Assembly (NCBI GenBank): GCA_047967505.1
Contig: CM106538.1
Strand: one strand, 5' to 3'
Length of the DNA stretch: 64,000 nucleotides
DNA from: Dipteris shenzhenensis
Taxonomy: Eukaryota
In this document: in pieces, positions 44,200 through 56,190 of the stretch
Position numbering within the stretch: position 1 is the first letter of the stretch
Layout: each line of letters opens with the position of its first letter
Notes under the pieces: model-generated
Told to the model about the DNA's origin: nothing
Seen by the model: the letters and a program-made list of their open reading frames with translations, nothing else
Databases searched by the model: none
Program-made: the position numbers and the translations under genes

Positions 44200-46545
44200 T
44201 GCAAAAGAAAACTTTGTCACTTGCTCCCACTATGTCACATGCATAGTTATTTCCAAGATGCACACAACCTGTCTTTCCACTCTGATAAGTGGAGAACCAT
44301 TCCCTATGGAGTAACATGGAATGAAGCACCAGAATCTAAAATCCAATCCTGGGAATATGCATCATCTGAAGTGGTAAGCAAGTCTGCAGGTAGACTAAAC
44401 ACGAAGAGAATGTTATTAGCATTATTATCAGTGGATCTTCATTTTTCCTTTGTCCTCCCTTGGAATCTCTTCCTTCTTATTTTCACCCCAATTTGCATTC
44501 TTTTTCTTATCCTTTTGCTCTTTTTTCAGCTTGTAGCAATCCTTTTTCATGTGGCCCTTCTTGCCACAATGGTAACACTCAATGTTCTGTGCCTTGGATT
44601 TGCTACAAGACTTGGGACTTCTCTCTGAACTGTGATCTGCCCCTTGCACCCTTGGTAGGGACTGGAGCTAAGCCTGCAGATATGTCTGAGGATGATTGGA
44701 ATGAGTTGGATGCATTATCAAAGTCTACTGTTAGACTTCATCTTGCAGAGTCAGTTTATTTCACAGTAGCAGTAAATGAGCAGACTACGGAAGATTTGAA
44801 TTATGTGCCACTTATGAGAAGGAAACTGCCTCTAATAAAGTTTACCTTATGAAGAGGTTGTTTGAGCTGTAGATGAAGGAAGGGGTCTCCATTGCTTCTC
44901 ACTTGAATGAATTCAATATTATTTTTAGCCAGCTTCAAGCTCAGAAGATGAATTTTGATACGGAGAGTAAGGCAATATTTCTCTTGTGTTCATTGTCACC
45001 CTCGTGGGATACCTTTCGTACAATTGTCAAAAACTCTGCACTTGGTGGAATGCTGTTTGATGATGTTGTGGGTAGCTTGTTGGCTGAGGAGATTAGACGG
45101 AAGTCTATGTATGGCAACAAGCAGGATACAAGAAGCACATTTCCATAAAGAAAAGTTTGTCCCATCAAACTTTTTAATGCTGAAAAACTCCTTTTCAGAC
45201 ATGGAAGAGGATGCCATGATGCAAATGAAACAAAATCCCAAATGCTAGTACTTGCAAGAGAGAAATCACACCAAATACCAGGTGCATCCAAATATGTTTT
45301 CCTTAATGAAGGATAGTGTCACCAAAACTCAAGGCTCAAAGCATCAAAACGCATCTGACTCATGTGCATATACTAGAAATCCATAGAGTAAATCTGGCCC
45401 AAAAGAAAATGCCAATTGCAATGGCAAAACAATGGTAATCCCAATGCCAATAAGTGCCAAAATGCCTCAAGCATAAATGTTGTCCATGAGCATATGCATC
45501 AACAAAATCTCATCCAAGAGATCATAGCACAACCTGTGCATCCACTACAATATGTCAAAGCTGTCTCTCAGCATAAAATAGCATTTGTGTGCTAAACATC
45601 CATCAATAAAGCATCCCACAAGGCAATTTGGGCCTATCAATGCATCCAACAAGGATCGTAATCCATCCAAATGGCCTGTAAAGCATCCATTGCAACCCAA
45701 TGCGAACCACGAATGAGCACACACGGACTATGACTAGAGTGACTTGCATAAGATATATCCAAAATCACGGCCCTACGGCAATGATCGCTAGTGAAAATAG
45801 AACTTGAGATGCTTCAAAACATGGGCGTCATTGCATAATCGGACTCAGCAAGACAATCTGCAAATATCTCTCTTCTACTGGAACTCCAAAATCCCAACCG
45901 ATGAATGGGAAACGGGGAGTCAACCCTTACAATTGACCTATAATCCAAAAATCAAAGGTTTGAACCTTTGAATGGATTTTTGACAAAGAAACATATGGTT
46001 CAGTGCCTTAGAGAGACGGAACTTCTCCAAATCTCTACAAAATTGTGCAAGGGATGACGGGTAGAGGTTTTTGGGCCTCCGGAATGCAATGGAATAGACG
46101 GTTTTTGAAATCGTGGTCCCAATCACTAGGTCCAACACACGGACCAAAAAATATTTTTGCAAATAAACATGTTTGTAAACACCACTGGAGTGTGAATGAT
46201 GAGCAACAGAGAAGTTTTAGGACCTCCTGAGTCTACCGAAACTGACAGATCTATGAATGGTTGCTTTAAACTCGAGTTCCAACACATTGGCAGGAAAAAC
46301 GTTGAAGCAGAGATAGGGAGTCAGAAATCCAACAAAATGATGCCAAATTCAAGAATGAAGGTGTTTTTAAACTCCTGATGTGCAATGGATACCAAAAGGC
46401 AGACAATGGTTCCTCACACCAATGAACAAAAAGGAATGCCCAAAAGGAAGCACTCTTTACCCAAAAAATGTGCTTTGCATGTATTAGATGGTAACTCACA
46501 TTTGTAAACCAGTAACCTCTCAAGCTCCTTGAATGAACAAACCCT
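44200..46545 (-). mobile_element. Truncated Copia 5' leader, gag and protease with an internal inversion
   Basis: Minus strand: IKKFDGTNFSLWK (~45140-45180), CYHCGKKGHMKKDC, WILDSGASFH. The central gag segment (44650-45135: DWNELDA...IASHLNEFN...LLCSLSPSWD) lies on the plus strand. Confidence 0.82.
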
Positions 46546-47658
46546 TCGAGTTAAGAAAATATATACCCCTCGCCCCCCCACCCACTCCCTCTCACAAGTT
46601 TCTCTAGCTTAGGTTCGAACTTTTCCATAGGAACTTCATAGCCGAAAGAATTCTTGTGACTTGATTCATTCCACACTTTATGATCCGAAATGTCTACATG
46701 CAAAATGATTTAGGCTTCCTAGTACAATAGTTATGAGAAGCCACCACTAAAAGAGATGGTTCACAATATTTGCGTATGATGACAGAATTGACTCAATAGA
46801 CCCCTTCTTTCCTCTTCCCTAGCTACCCCCTCTCCTTCTCATCAAAGGTCTCAGACATTGAAACCTTCGCCAGCCCACAACCTCAATAGCCAAACCACCA
46901 CTCTACTCACAATGGTGCCGCCCCTTACTCCAAAGCTTGGACTAGAGCCATCACTTCCCCACTTTGTTAAGAGCCTTGTGTATACACCCTCCCACCCCCT
47001 GAATCAATCAGATTTAAGTCCCTCAACTTTATAAACATGCTTTTATGCTCTTACAAATTGTTTTAAACACTTGAAAAGGCAACACCCACCCTCTAAAGGC
47101 ATTCTTTTGCCTAATCAATGATAATTGCACTAGTTGCAATCGAGAGTGCTTTGAAGACATGATGGCTAAAATGAAGATCGTCATAAAACAATGAAAATTA
47201 TTCTAATAGGAGAATATTATTTTTAATGAGTGACAAGGGAAGTGGGAATATCTTGTATGCATATAATGACCTTTGCAATGCAAATGAGAAAGAAGTAGCT
47301 ATATATGTTTATAACATTTCAAAAAGATCGATATAAAGATAGCTCAATCTATCACCCAATTTCAAGGCATAGAGAGCTTGAACATCACTAAATTTCAAGT
47401 TAAAGAGTCCTCCTAATGTGTAGATTGTTCACCAAATACTTGTGCAGGCATTAGTAGGTTTTGGTAGTCACAACAAACAACGTTTATTGCTAGGTTTGTC
47501 TAGACTAAGTTGCTACACCCACTCGTAGAGTAGCATGACCCGTCTCCGACGGGTTAGCGACCTTAGATTTATAAATATGGATAAAGGTTTGTTATCACCT
47601 TTTGCGTCTCAAGCTATGACCTCATACATAAAACAACCATCAACTATTTTCTCAAACA

Positions 47659-47762
47659 CTTCATCTTGTAGTCTTGATATCTATTTTTGATGGCCTTAAA
47701 GCTCATCACAACTTCGTCTTGTAGTCTTGATAGCTATTTTTGATGGCCTTAAAGCTCATCAC
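47659..47762. repeat. Two-copy ~52-bp tandem repeat
   Basis: ACTTC.TCTTGTAGTCTTGATA.CTATTTTTGATGGCCTTAAAGCTCATCAC twice. Confidence 0.85.
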
Positions 47763-48319
47763 CACCTCTAACTTCTCTTGTTTTCCCTTGTCACAATGGT
47801 GCTTAGGCACTCTCCTCTCTTTCTAGCTGTCTCCTCGCCCTTTCCTCCACCTTGTCCTCCCCTCTCTTTGCAGGTACTCCCTCAACCTCACACCTCCTCA
47901 CACATCCTATCTCCATGGTTTCTCCCTTAGCCCCTCACCTCTCCTCTCCTCGTGGCTATTGTTGTCTCTATCTCTCCCAAGTCTAGGTTTTGAGGGTATT
48001 GGTCACCTACAATCATGTTGTTGCTTGTTGTAGCATAGGTCCTCGGGTCGTATTCTGGTGAAAGGTGTAGGCTAAAGCATGGAAAGTAGCTCTCATGCGC
48101 GCATGGGTGAGAAAGAAGGCTTGATCACGACGATAGATGGAGGCTCTTGCCTCCATGGGAGTTTAAGGGTTTAGAAGGGGGTTGCAAGGTTCATAAGGGA
48201 GGTTGGGTTGAGAGAGCTATCTAGTGTTCCAGGGTTCAAAGAGGGTTACAGGGTTTAGAAGGAGTCCAGCGTTGAGGAGTGGAGAGCTAGTCTCCTTTGT
48301 GACTTTGAGAGGTAAGGGT

Positions 48320-48570
48320 TGAGGAGGGGGGATAAGGAAGGAGGAAGGAGGAGGTGGAGGGAGGAGGGAGGAGGAGGAAGGGAGGAGGAGGAGGAGGAGT
48401 AGGAGGAGGAAAAAGGGAGGAGGAGGAGGAGGAGGGAGTAGAGGAGGGAGGAGGAAGAAGGGAAGAGGAGAAGGAGGAGAAGGAAGGAGGAGGAGGAGGG
48501 AGGAGGAAGAAGGGAGAAGGAGGAGGAAGGAGGAGGGGGGAGGAGGAAGGAGTACAAGGGTAGGGAGTGC
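48320..48570. repeat. Polypurine (GGA)n-like low-complexity tract
   Basis: About 250 bp almost entirely G/A on the plus strand. Confidence 0.9.
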
Positions 48571-48759
48571 AAGGGTAAGGACATGCTAGAACATGATAGT
48601 GTAAGGAAGCATGGATGCAATGGAGATCAATCACATGAATCACAATCGTGAGCTTGAACACTAAACCCCAAAGAGTGGGAGTTGCATTCCATTGAGAGAT
48701 ATTAATACATGTTGGCCTGTACACAATCCGTAGGTACCTCTAGGGTGGGACCTCTTTTG

Positions 48760-48930
48760 TAGGGGACCTCTTGGACAAGAGTCCCTCCACTTTTTGGGGG
48801 GACCTCTTGAGTCTCTACACAAAGTGGGGGAACCTCATGAGTCCCTACACAAAGTGGGGAAACCTCTTGAGTTCCTACACAATGTTGGGGGACCTTGTGA
48901 GTCCCTCCACAAAGTAGGGGGACCTTGTGT
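48760..48930. repeat. 30-bp minisatellite, about five copies
   Basis: GG(A/G)ACCTCTTGAGTCCCTACACAAAGTGGG-like units at 30-bp spacing. Confidence 0.85.
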
Positions 48931-50889
48931 AGGCTTTTAGTCTTTCTCTCTCTCATTTTAGCATTTCTCTCTCTAGATCCTGATTTTGCAAAGATGATTG
49001 GATCTTTTCTAGAAAGGATTTTTGCTATCCTCATCCTTTAAGATTCATCATACCATCTTTCACGCTCAAGTTATTACAAGCATAGATTTGCTGCTACTCT
49101 ACACACACAATGATCTCATTGTCATTGCTCTAGACTGCACTTCTGGTCCTTGTTGCCACAGGGTTAACAACTCCCCTAGACGGATTTGATTACCCATCCT
49201 CGGGTTATGGTTGGGTGTGCAGATGATGTTGTGCTGTGGTGGTTTTTACCCAATGAGTATGGTAAAGATGGCATCAGTGATAGACGGATCGAGCTTGTTG
49301 TTGATCTTTTCCTCTCATTAGCCCCCCACGAACACTATAAATTGTTTGCTTAGTTTTTAAGAAGCCAGTGCCAACCATTTCATCAAACAAACACACATAC
49401 CGCCTTGAAGAGATACAACTCTTTGAAAGAGGCGACTGGTTGTTTGAGCATGTATTTGTTGATTTGGGTTGAAACTGAGCTTGGGTAAATGGTCATCAAT
49501 GGTGGTGAAGGACACCTCCAGGATTACTGTTAAAGCTTCACTATATTTGGTGCTCTCCTTGAGTGTTTTGTTATAACTACCTCGCATCTATGTTGCATGT
49601 TTAGCCAAGGCTATGATGAGTGTTTCTTGGCTTGTCCATTTGACCTTGGAGTATCTATTGATTAGTGACAAAATGCGAGGAGCATCTTCTTTATATGGGT
49701 ACCACATCAAATATGAGATGCGTTCGAAAGGAAGATGGAGCTTGTAAATACTCAAGGAGGTACTTTTCTTTGAGTAGTTTGAATCTACACCAACAAGCAG
49801 GTTGTGGTTCCAATTGCTGCTTAAGTTGGAGTGATTTGCGCTTGGCAAATGTGCATGGAAATCCCAGAGAGATCCCATCCTCCTCTTAACTGCATATCTA
49901 GATAATGCTTCCAAAAATCACCTATGGGATTACCATGCATGGGAATCCTGTCTGTATCCAAATTCAACTCTCGCATGGGTGTGTGATTTGGATTATCCAA
50001 TTCGTGGAGCTCATTGAAGGAATCATTGGAAATTCAACTGAGATATGAGGAATATGTGGTCTTGGGGGAGAGGAAGAGGTAATAGGTAACAAACATGAGG
50101 TGGAAGCAAGTAGTGAATTAGAGAAGGGGGAAGTAGGGGCATGTTGGTGGAAAGTGGAGGGAGAGTAGGGCAAATGGATTTAGCGACTTGATAGTCTTCA
50201 AGGGAGGGGTTTTCAAGTAGTGGGAAAAAGTCAGGTGTTACTAGATGGTAGGAGTTAGATTCTTGGATTAGTAGGTAGTGTTGAGAGGCATGACAAGGAA
50301 TATGGGTTAGCATGGATTTCTAGAAAGGTATGGAGGATGTTATTGGAGTTAGGGAGGGATGTGAGAAGGTGAAAAAAGAGAGTGGCAATATAGGGGAGAT
50401 TAGATTGAAGGTAGACCACATATTCCTTGGGTAGATATTTGTCGCTTTTGGTAGGCATTGTCAGCTTCAATGTAGGATTTTTCTTGGAATTATATCCAAG
50501 GGAAGTGGATGGTGATTGTTGTAGTAAGGGTAGGAGTCCAGCTACTACCCGAAGAGGATTTCCCATCAAGCACTCATATAGAAGTATCGCATCAGGCATT
50601 AACTATAGGAGATTTGCATGCACTGAGAGACAAAGCACATTTCTCTCACATTTCTCTCATCCTCATCCATCTTCTGGCATAGATTCCATCTTCTGGAATA
50701 GATCGCGGAGAGTCTTTGTGCTCACTGGCCTAGTCTAATGAAGACTAGATGTTGCATGTAGCATCTTGAGTTGCAAGTGTTTTCACTGAATGCATACTCT
50801 TCCTTCGATGTGATCCTCTTGCTTGAGGACTGCAACAAGATCTTGGTATAATGCAATGATGCCCTATAGCAATAGATTTTGTGCTGACT

Positions 50890-53800
50890 TGAAACCAAAA
50901 AGATAATTCTTTCACACACAAAGTCACCACTTAATCAATTGGAGAAGAAGAACACCATCACACCATAAAGCGACAGCAGACTGGGTACAATCTCCCCCCC
51001 TAGATGAGTGGCTCACGCTTCCTCATCTAGAGTATTTATGATTTTTCATAAAAGCACCAAGGAGCCAAAATTATCCCTCTTATCCAAAAATGAGAGATTT
51101 GCTTTACATAGCCATCTTAGGGCCCAAAATGATTTATGTCCTCAACAAAATATATTGCTCAAACTTGCAATAATTAAACAAATACAAAATTGGCCCATGG
51201 CCATATATAATGCACTGTGCGACACCTCGATCGGTACCCTCGCACTAACTCCAATCCTCGCTATGAGTTCTATCACCTGTACTCAAGCCGCCAATTACAT
51301 TAGTTATTAACAATCGATTGAACGAATCACCGAATCAACAGATCCCAATATAACCACGCTCAAAGCACAATAATCAAGCACAACACCAATGACACTAGCG
51401 ACATCAGTATTAACATGGAATCACCCACAATACCGAACATCTAGCATGGCAAAACACAAGCTAGTCAGGCGTCCCCAACTAACCACACAAAGTACTCCAC
51501 TAGGACCCCTGCGGCGTCCGGTGCGCTCCTATGGAGTTCTTTGCCATAGTCACACTTGACTAAAAATAATAATGTCCAAAGCAAGATAAATCATAAATAT
51601 AATTTTTGTAACATCCCTCTTGCTTGGATTGCAACTGACCTCAGTTGCGTGTTTGATTATAGGAACTAAGGAGGTCTGGAAAAGTTCGAAAGAACCGCTT
51701 AGGCATCCACTGAGCATCTTCTCTTGGATGGTTCTTAAATTTGAGCAAGTATTTAGTATAGACATTTCCTTTTTAGGTCGAGGTCTGTTGATGATCAACA
51801 ATGCATTCGGGTTCTAGAATTTCTTCTTCATCAACAATCAATGGGGCCTCTTCATAGATAGGATGAATAGGTAAAGGTCCTTTGAAGGGCTTTAAGAGGC
51901 TGATATGGAAAGCATTATGTATTTTCCAATTATCAAGTAATTTAAGCCTATAAGCTAGATCATTGATTTTCTGAATCACCTTGAATGGTCCATAAAAACG
52001 TGGTGACATCTTGATTACTGGCCATTTCTCAACACTCTTCAATCTTCTTTTCTCAATCCGAAGAAGTACAGAATCACCTTCTTTAAAGAGCATGTGTTTC
52101 CGTTTCTTATTAGCTTGTTTTGTGTACTTCTCTTGAGCTATTGCAATCGCTTCTTGAACTTCTTTGAGAATATTTTGATAATCATGGGTAAATGCATCTG
52201 CTTCTTTCACTCTATGGGTTAATCGTGTGATAGGAATAGGTAAAACCTTCCCATAGATAATCTCAAAGGGTGCTCTTCTAGTTGTAGAATGAGGATTATT
52301 ATTATAAGCAAACTGTAATAGATGAATGTATTTGTTCCAAGTCTTTGGTTGACTTCCTGCATAAGCTCTTATCATCCAGAATAGTACTGTTTGTAACTTC
52401 AATTTGTCCATTTGATTCTGGATGAAAAGTTGATGAGAAGTCTAATTTAGTGCCTAGATTATGAAATAATGCAGTCCAGAAGTTACTGCAAAACTTTGAA
52501 TCTTGATCAGACACTATAATCTTTGGCAAGCCATGATGAACAAAGATATGCTTGATGAATAAATGTGCAGCTTGCTGAGTTGTTAAAGTCTTCTTGCATG
52601 GGATGAAATAAACTTGCTTACTAAAGCGATCTATTATCGTCCAAATCATATCATTTTGATTCGCGGTAGTAGGAAAACCTGTTATGAAATCCATAGATAT
52701 TTGTTCCCAAGGTTGTGTAGGAATAGGCAAAGGCATAAGCAATCCTAGGGTCTTGCCTTTGTAACTCTTGATCTTCTGTCAAGTGATGCATTCGGCTACA
52801 AACTTAGCCACATCTTTTCTAATAGTAGGCCAATGGAATTCTCTTGCTATCACTTGTAAAGTGGCAGCCACTCCCCTATGTCCCATATATGGTGGTTGGT
52901 GCATTTCCTCCATTATAATTAGTCTAAAGGGTCGAGTGATGCATAATTTCTTTTGATAAAAGAGGTATCCATCATTGCATGAATAATACAACATAGGATT
53001 CCAATTGTTATTTTCTAATTTGTTTTATATATCAAAAAAGTCCGGATCCCCTTGATAAGAATTTTTCATACCTTCAAAAGGCTGGGTCTCTACAGCAGTG
53101 ATGTGATTAATACTTGGCTTTCTGCTAAGAGCATCAGCAACTACATTCTCCTTTCCAGGTTGATACTAAATCATGGGCTGAAAACTCTGTATAAATGATG
53201 CCCACTTGATGTGCCTATGAGATATAAGTGGCTGAGTCAACAAATGCTTGATACTTTGCTGATCAGTTTTGATAAGAAACTCAGATCCCATCAAATAATG
53301 TTTCCACATTTATAAGGCATGGACAACATCGGTTAATTCTTTATCATATGTGCTATAATTGGATTCTGCTGGTTTTAATTTTCGGCTCTCATATGCTATT
53401 GGATGTCCATCTTGCATAAGTACGGCTCCAATTCCATATCCACTAGCATCGATTACAACTACAAAGAATGGTCTAGAGAAATCGGGTAATTGCAACACAG
53501 GAGCTTGAGTGAGAGCTTCTTTCAAAGCTGTAAAAGATTTATCTTGACGCTCAGTCCATAAGAAATGCTTAGCTTTTCTAAGAAGGTCTGTCAATGGATG
53601 TGCAATGTATGCAAAATTCTTGACAAACTTTCTATAAAAGCTACACAATTCCAAATATGATATTAATTCATGTATATCTCGGGGTTTAGGCCATGTGATT
53701 ATGCACTCAATCTTCTTTGGATCTACTTGAATCCCATCGACGGATACAATGTGACCCAAATACTCTATTTGATTTTGAAAGAAACTACTCTTTTCAGGAT

Positions 53801-56190
53801 TTATGTACAATTGATTTTCTTTCAAGAGTGAAAAGACTAGCTTCAGATGTTCTTTATGCTCCTCAACATCTTTGCTAAACATCAGAATATCATCGAAAAA
53901 TAATACCACACAATCTTGGTGTTTAAGAAAGATTCGGTTCATCATCCTACTAAAAGTAGCTGGAGCATTAGTTAGTCCAAAAGACATAACTAAGAACTCA
54001 TAATGTCCCGTTTGAGTTCTAAAAGCAGTCTTGTATATATCTTCTTCTATCATATGAACTTGATGATAGTCGGATTTGAGATCTATCTTACTGAAGATCT
54101 TGGCCCCTTTCAATTTGTCCAAAAGATCATCAATCCTAGGGATTGGATATCTGTTCTTCACTGTGATTTTGTTTAGTGCACGATAGTCTATGCACATTTG
54201 GTAGGTTCCATTTTTCTTTTTGACTAATAAGGCAGGTGCTCCATAAGGAGAACTGCTGGGTCTTATCAATCCTCTCTCTATCAGTTCCTCCACTTGCTTC
54301 TGTATTTCCTTTTACTCTAGCTGGTTGACTCTATAAGGAGCTTTGCAAGGTGGAGTGTTGCCCGGTAGGATTTCTATCCTATGATCTTCTGGTCGAAGTC
54401 TAGGTGGTAAATCCTCTAAGACAGAAAATTGAGAGAGAAATTTTTGGTGCATAGGCTTAGTGTTTGGCTGAATAGCCGTAAGCGTATTCACCAAAATAAG
54501 ATATGTCTTCTTACATTTTCTAATTGCTCTTTTGGCTTGTGTGTGGTTGAGTAAAGGACTGACCTCAGATTTCATTGAGCTTTTCAAACATATTTCTTGT
54601 CTGTCCTTCTCTATCCACATCTGATGTGAATCGTAATCTATCTTAGGATTGTATTGATGCCTCCATGGCATTCCTAAGATAATGTCCACTCCCTGTAGGG
54701 GTGCCACTAGAAAGTCTCATGTATTTGTTGCAGATCGCCAAGAAGAAAGCTTCTTTTTTTGAACTTTAGAGCTCTCTCTTTAAAAAAGTAATAAATTCTT
54801 TAGAGAGCCTTTGAACCTTTGGGGTCCTTTGCTTTGTAAGTAATCAAAAGGAACTTTCACTTGAAAATGCTAAAGCGTCTGCGTCGCACGATGGCACAGA
54901 CAAAGGATGATGAATTTGCAGGACTGCAGTGGCTGCTATCTTCGATGGCAGAGTTCTTCGTAGGTCCGTGATTCGAAGATGCGTGACTCAACGTGAGCAG
55001 TAACTGTGGAACTACAGAGATAATTGGCGGCGACGAATTTCCAGACCTTTGTAAAGGCCTCTTTCCCAAGGGCGGTGCTATGGAGACTGCGAGACCGATG
55101 CGCGTTGCTGTCCGCGACGACACAAGAAAAAATCACGTGGCCGAATTTCTGCACAGGCGATCGAGGTACAGTAGGCTGGGTAGGCGGGCCGCACGCTAAG
55201 TAGGCTGGCAGAGTCCAGACCCGATGGAGATCCTCAGAAGCTGAGGCGCGCACAGTTATCGGGAGTGCGACATCTGCAAGCGGGGTGCTGTCATGATGTA
55301 CTACGGATTATCGCAATTGTGCAGAGCTTTGATGTGAGCCTAACTCCAAAATTCAGAGATGGTGGAGTTTTGGGTTGCATAATTTTGCGTCGGCTATCAA
55401 GGCGCAATGGTCAAGGTTGCTTGCACAAAACGATGGCGCTGAATTGTTATTTCTTTTTTAAACTTCTCTATCACTGCGCCCGCTCCCTCTCGTGCAACAA
55501 AATGACCACGGTCATAACCTCAAAATTTTCCCTTTCTTTCTTCCCGTGGGCTTTCTCTTCTTCGTCCTTCTCGAGAGAAACTTCTTATTAACTTTCACAT
55601 GAGCCACAAGGTAGCCTTCTTCTTTCACAAGAGCGTCACCATTGCTCTGATACCACTGAAACCAAAAAGGTAATTCTTTCACACACAAAGTCACCACTTA
55701 ATCAATTGGAGAAGAAGAACACCATCACACCACAAAGCGACAACAGACTCGGTACAATCTCCCCCCTCTAGATGAGTGGCTCACGCTTCCTCATCTAGAG
55801 TATTTATGATTTTTCATAAAAGCACCAAGGAACCAAAATTATCCCTCTCATCTAAAAATGAGGGATTTGCTTTACATAGCCATCTTAGGGCCCAAAATGA
55901 TTTATGTCCTCAACAAAATATATTGCTCAAACTTGCAATAATTAAACAAATACAAAATTGGCCCATGGCCACATATAATGCACTGTGCGACACCTCGATC
56001 GGTACCCTCGCACTAACTCCAATCCTCGCTATGAGTTCCATCACCTGTACTCAAGCTGCCAATTACATTAGTTATTAACAATTGATTGAACGAATCACCG
56101 AATCAACCGATCCCAACATAACCGCGCTCAAAGCACAATAATCAAGCACAACACCAATGACACTAGCGACGTCAGTATTAACATGGAATC
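50890..56190 (-). mobile_element. Ty3/Gypsy chromovirus-type LTR retrotransposon lacking gag, with truncated 5' LTR
   Basis: 3' LTR 50890-51613 with adjacent PPT. The 5' LTR (55657-56190) is near-identical but cut short. Met-i PBS at 55644-55655. Protease tail DIILGMPW, RT (MCIDYRALN, FFDDIL), RNaseH (DASGYGIGAVL), integrase (WEQISMDFI, FYGPFKV), chromodomain (KYLLKFKNHP...QW). Confidence 0.93.
51640..54715 (-). pseudogene. Gypsy pol (partial PR-RT-RH-IN-chromodomain), disrupted
   Basis: ORFs 54312-54707, 53310-54293, 52779-52994, 52302-52742 and 51773-52411 lie in Gypsy domain order. Confidence 0.92.

Noticed and set aside
48255-48724. Extensin-like Pro/Ser-rich ORFs
   Set aside because: They are translations of a (GGA/TCC)n low-complexity tract open in several frames.
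48760-48930. CRISPR-like regularly spaced 30-bp repeats
   Set aside because: The units are head-to-tail with no unique spacers, there are no cas genes, and the context is eukaryotic. The same applies to the arrays at 37015-37130 and 39740-40180.
51008-56078. Two near-identical 100-aa ORFs (51008-51310 and 55776-56078) as duplicated genes
   Set aside because: Both lie within the paired LTRs. The same holds for the ORF pairs in 17053-18090 and 20215-21126.
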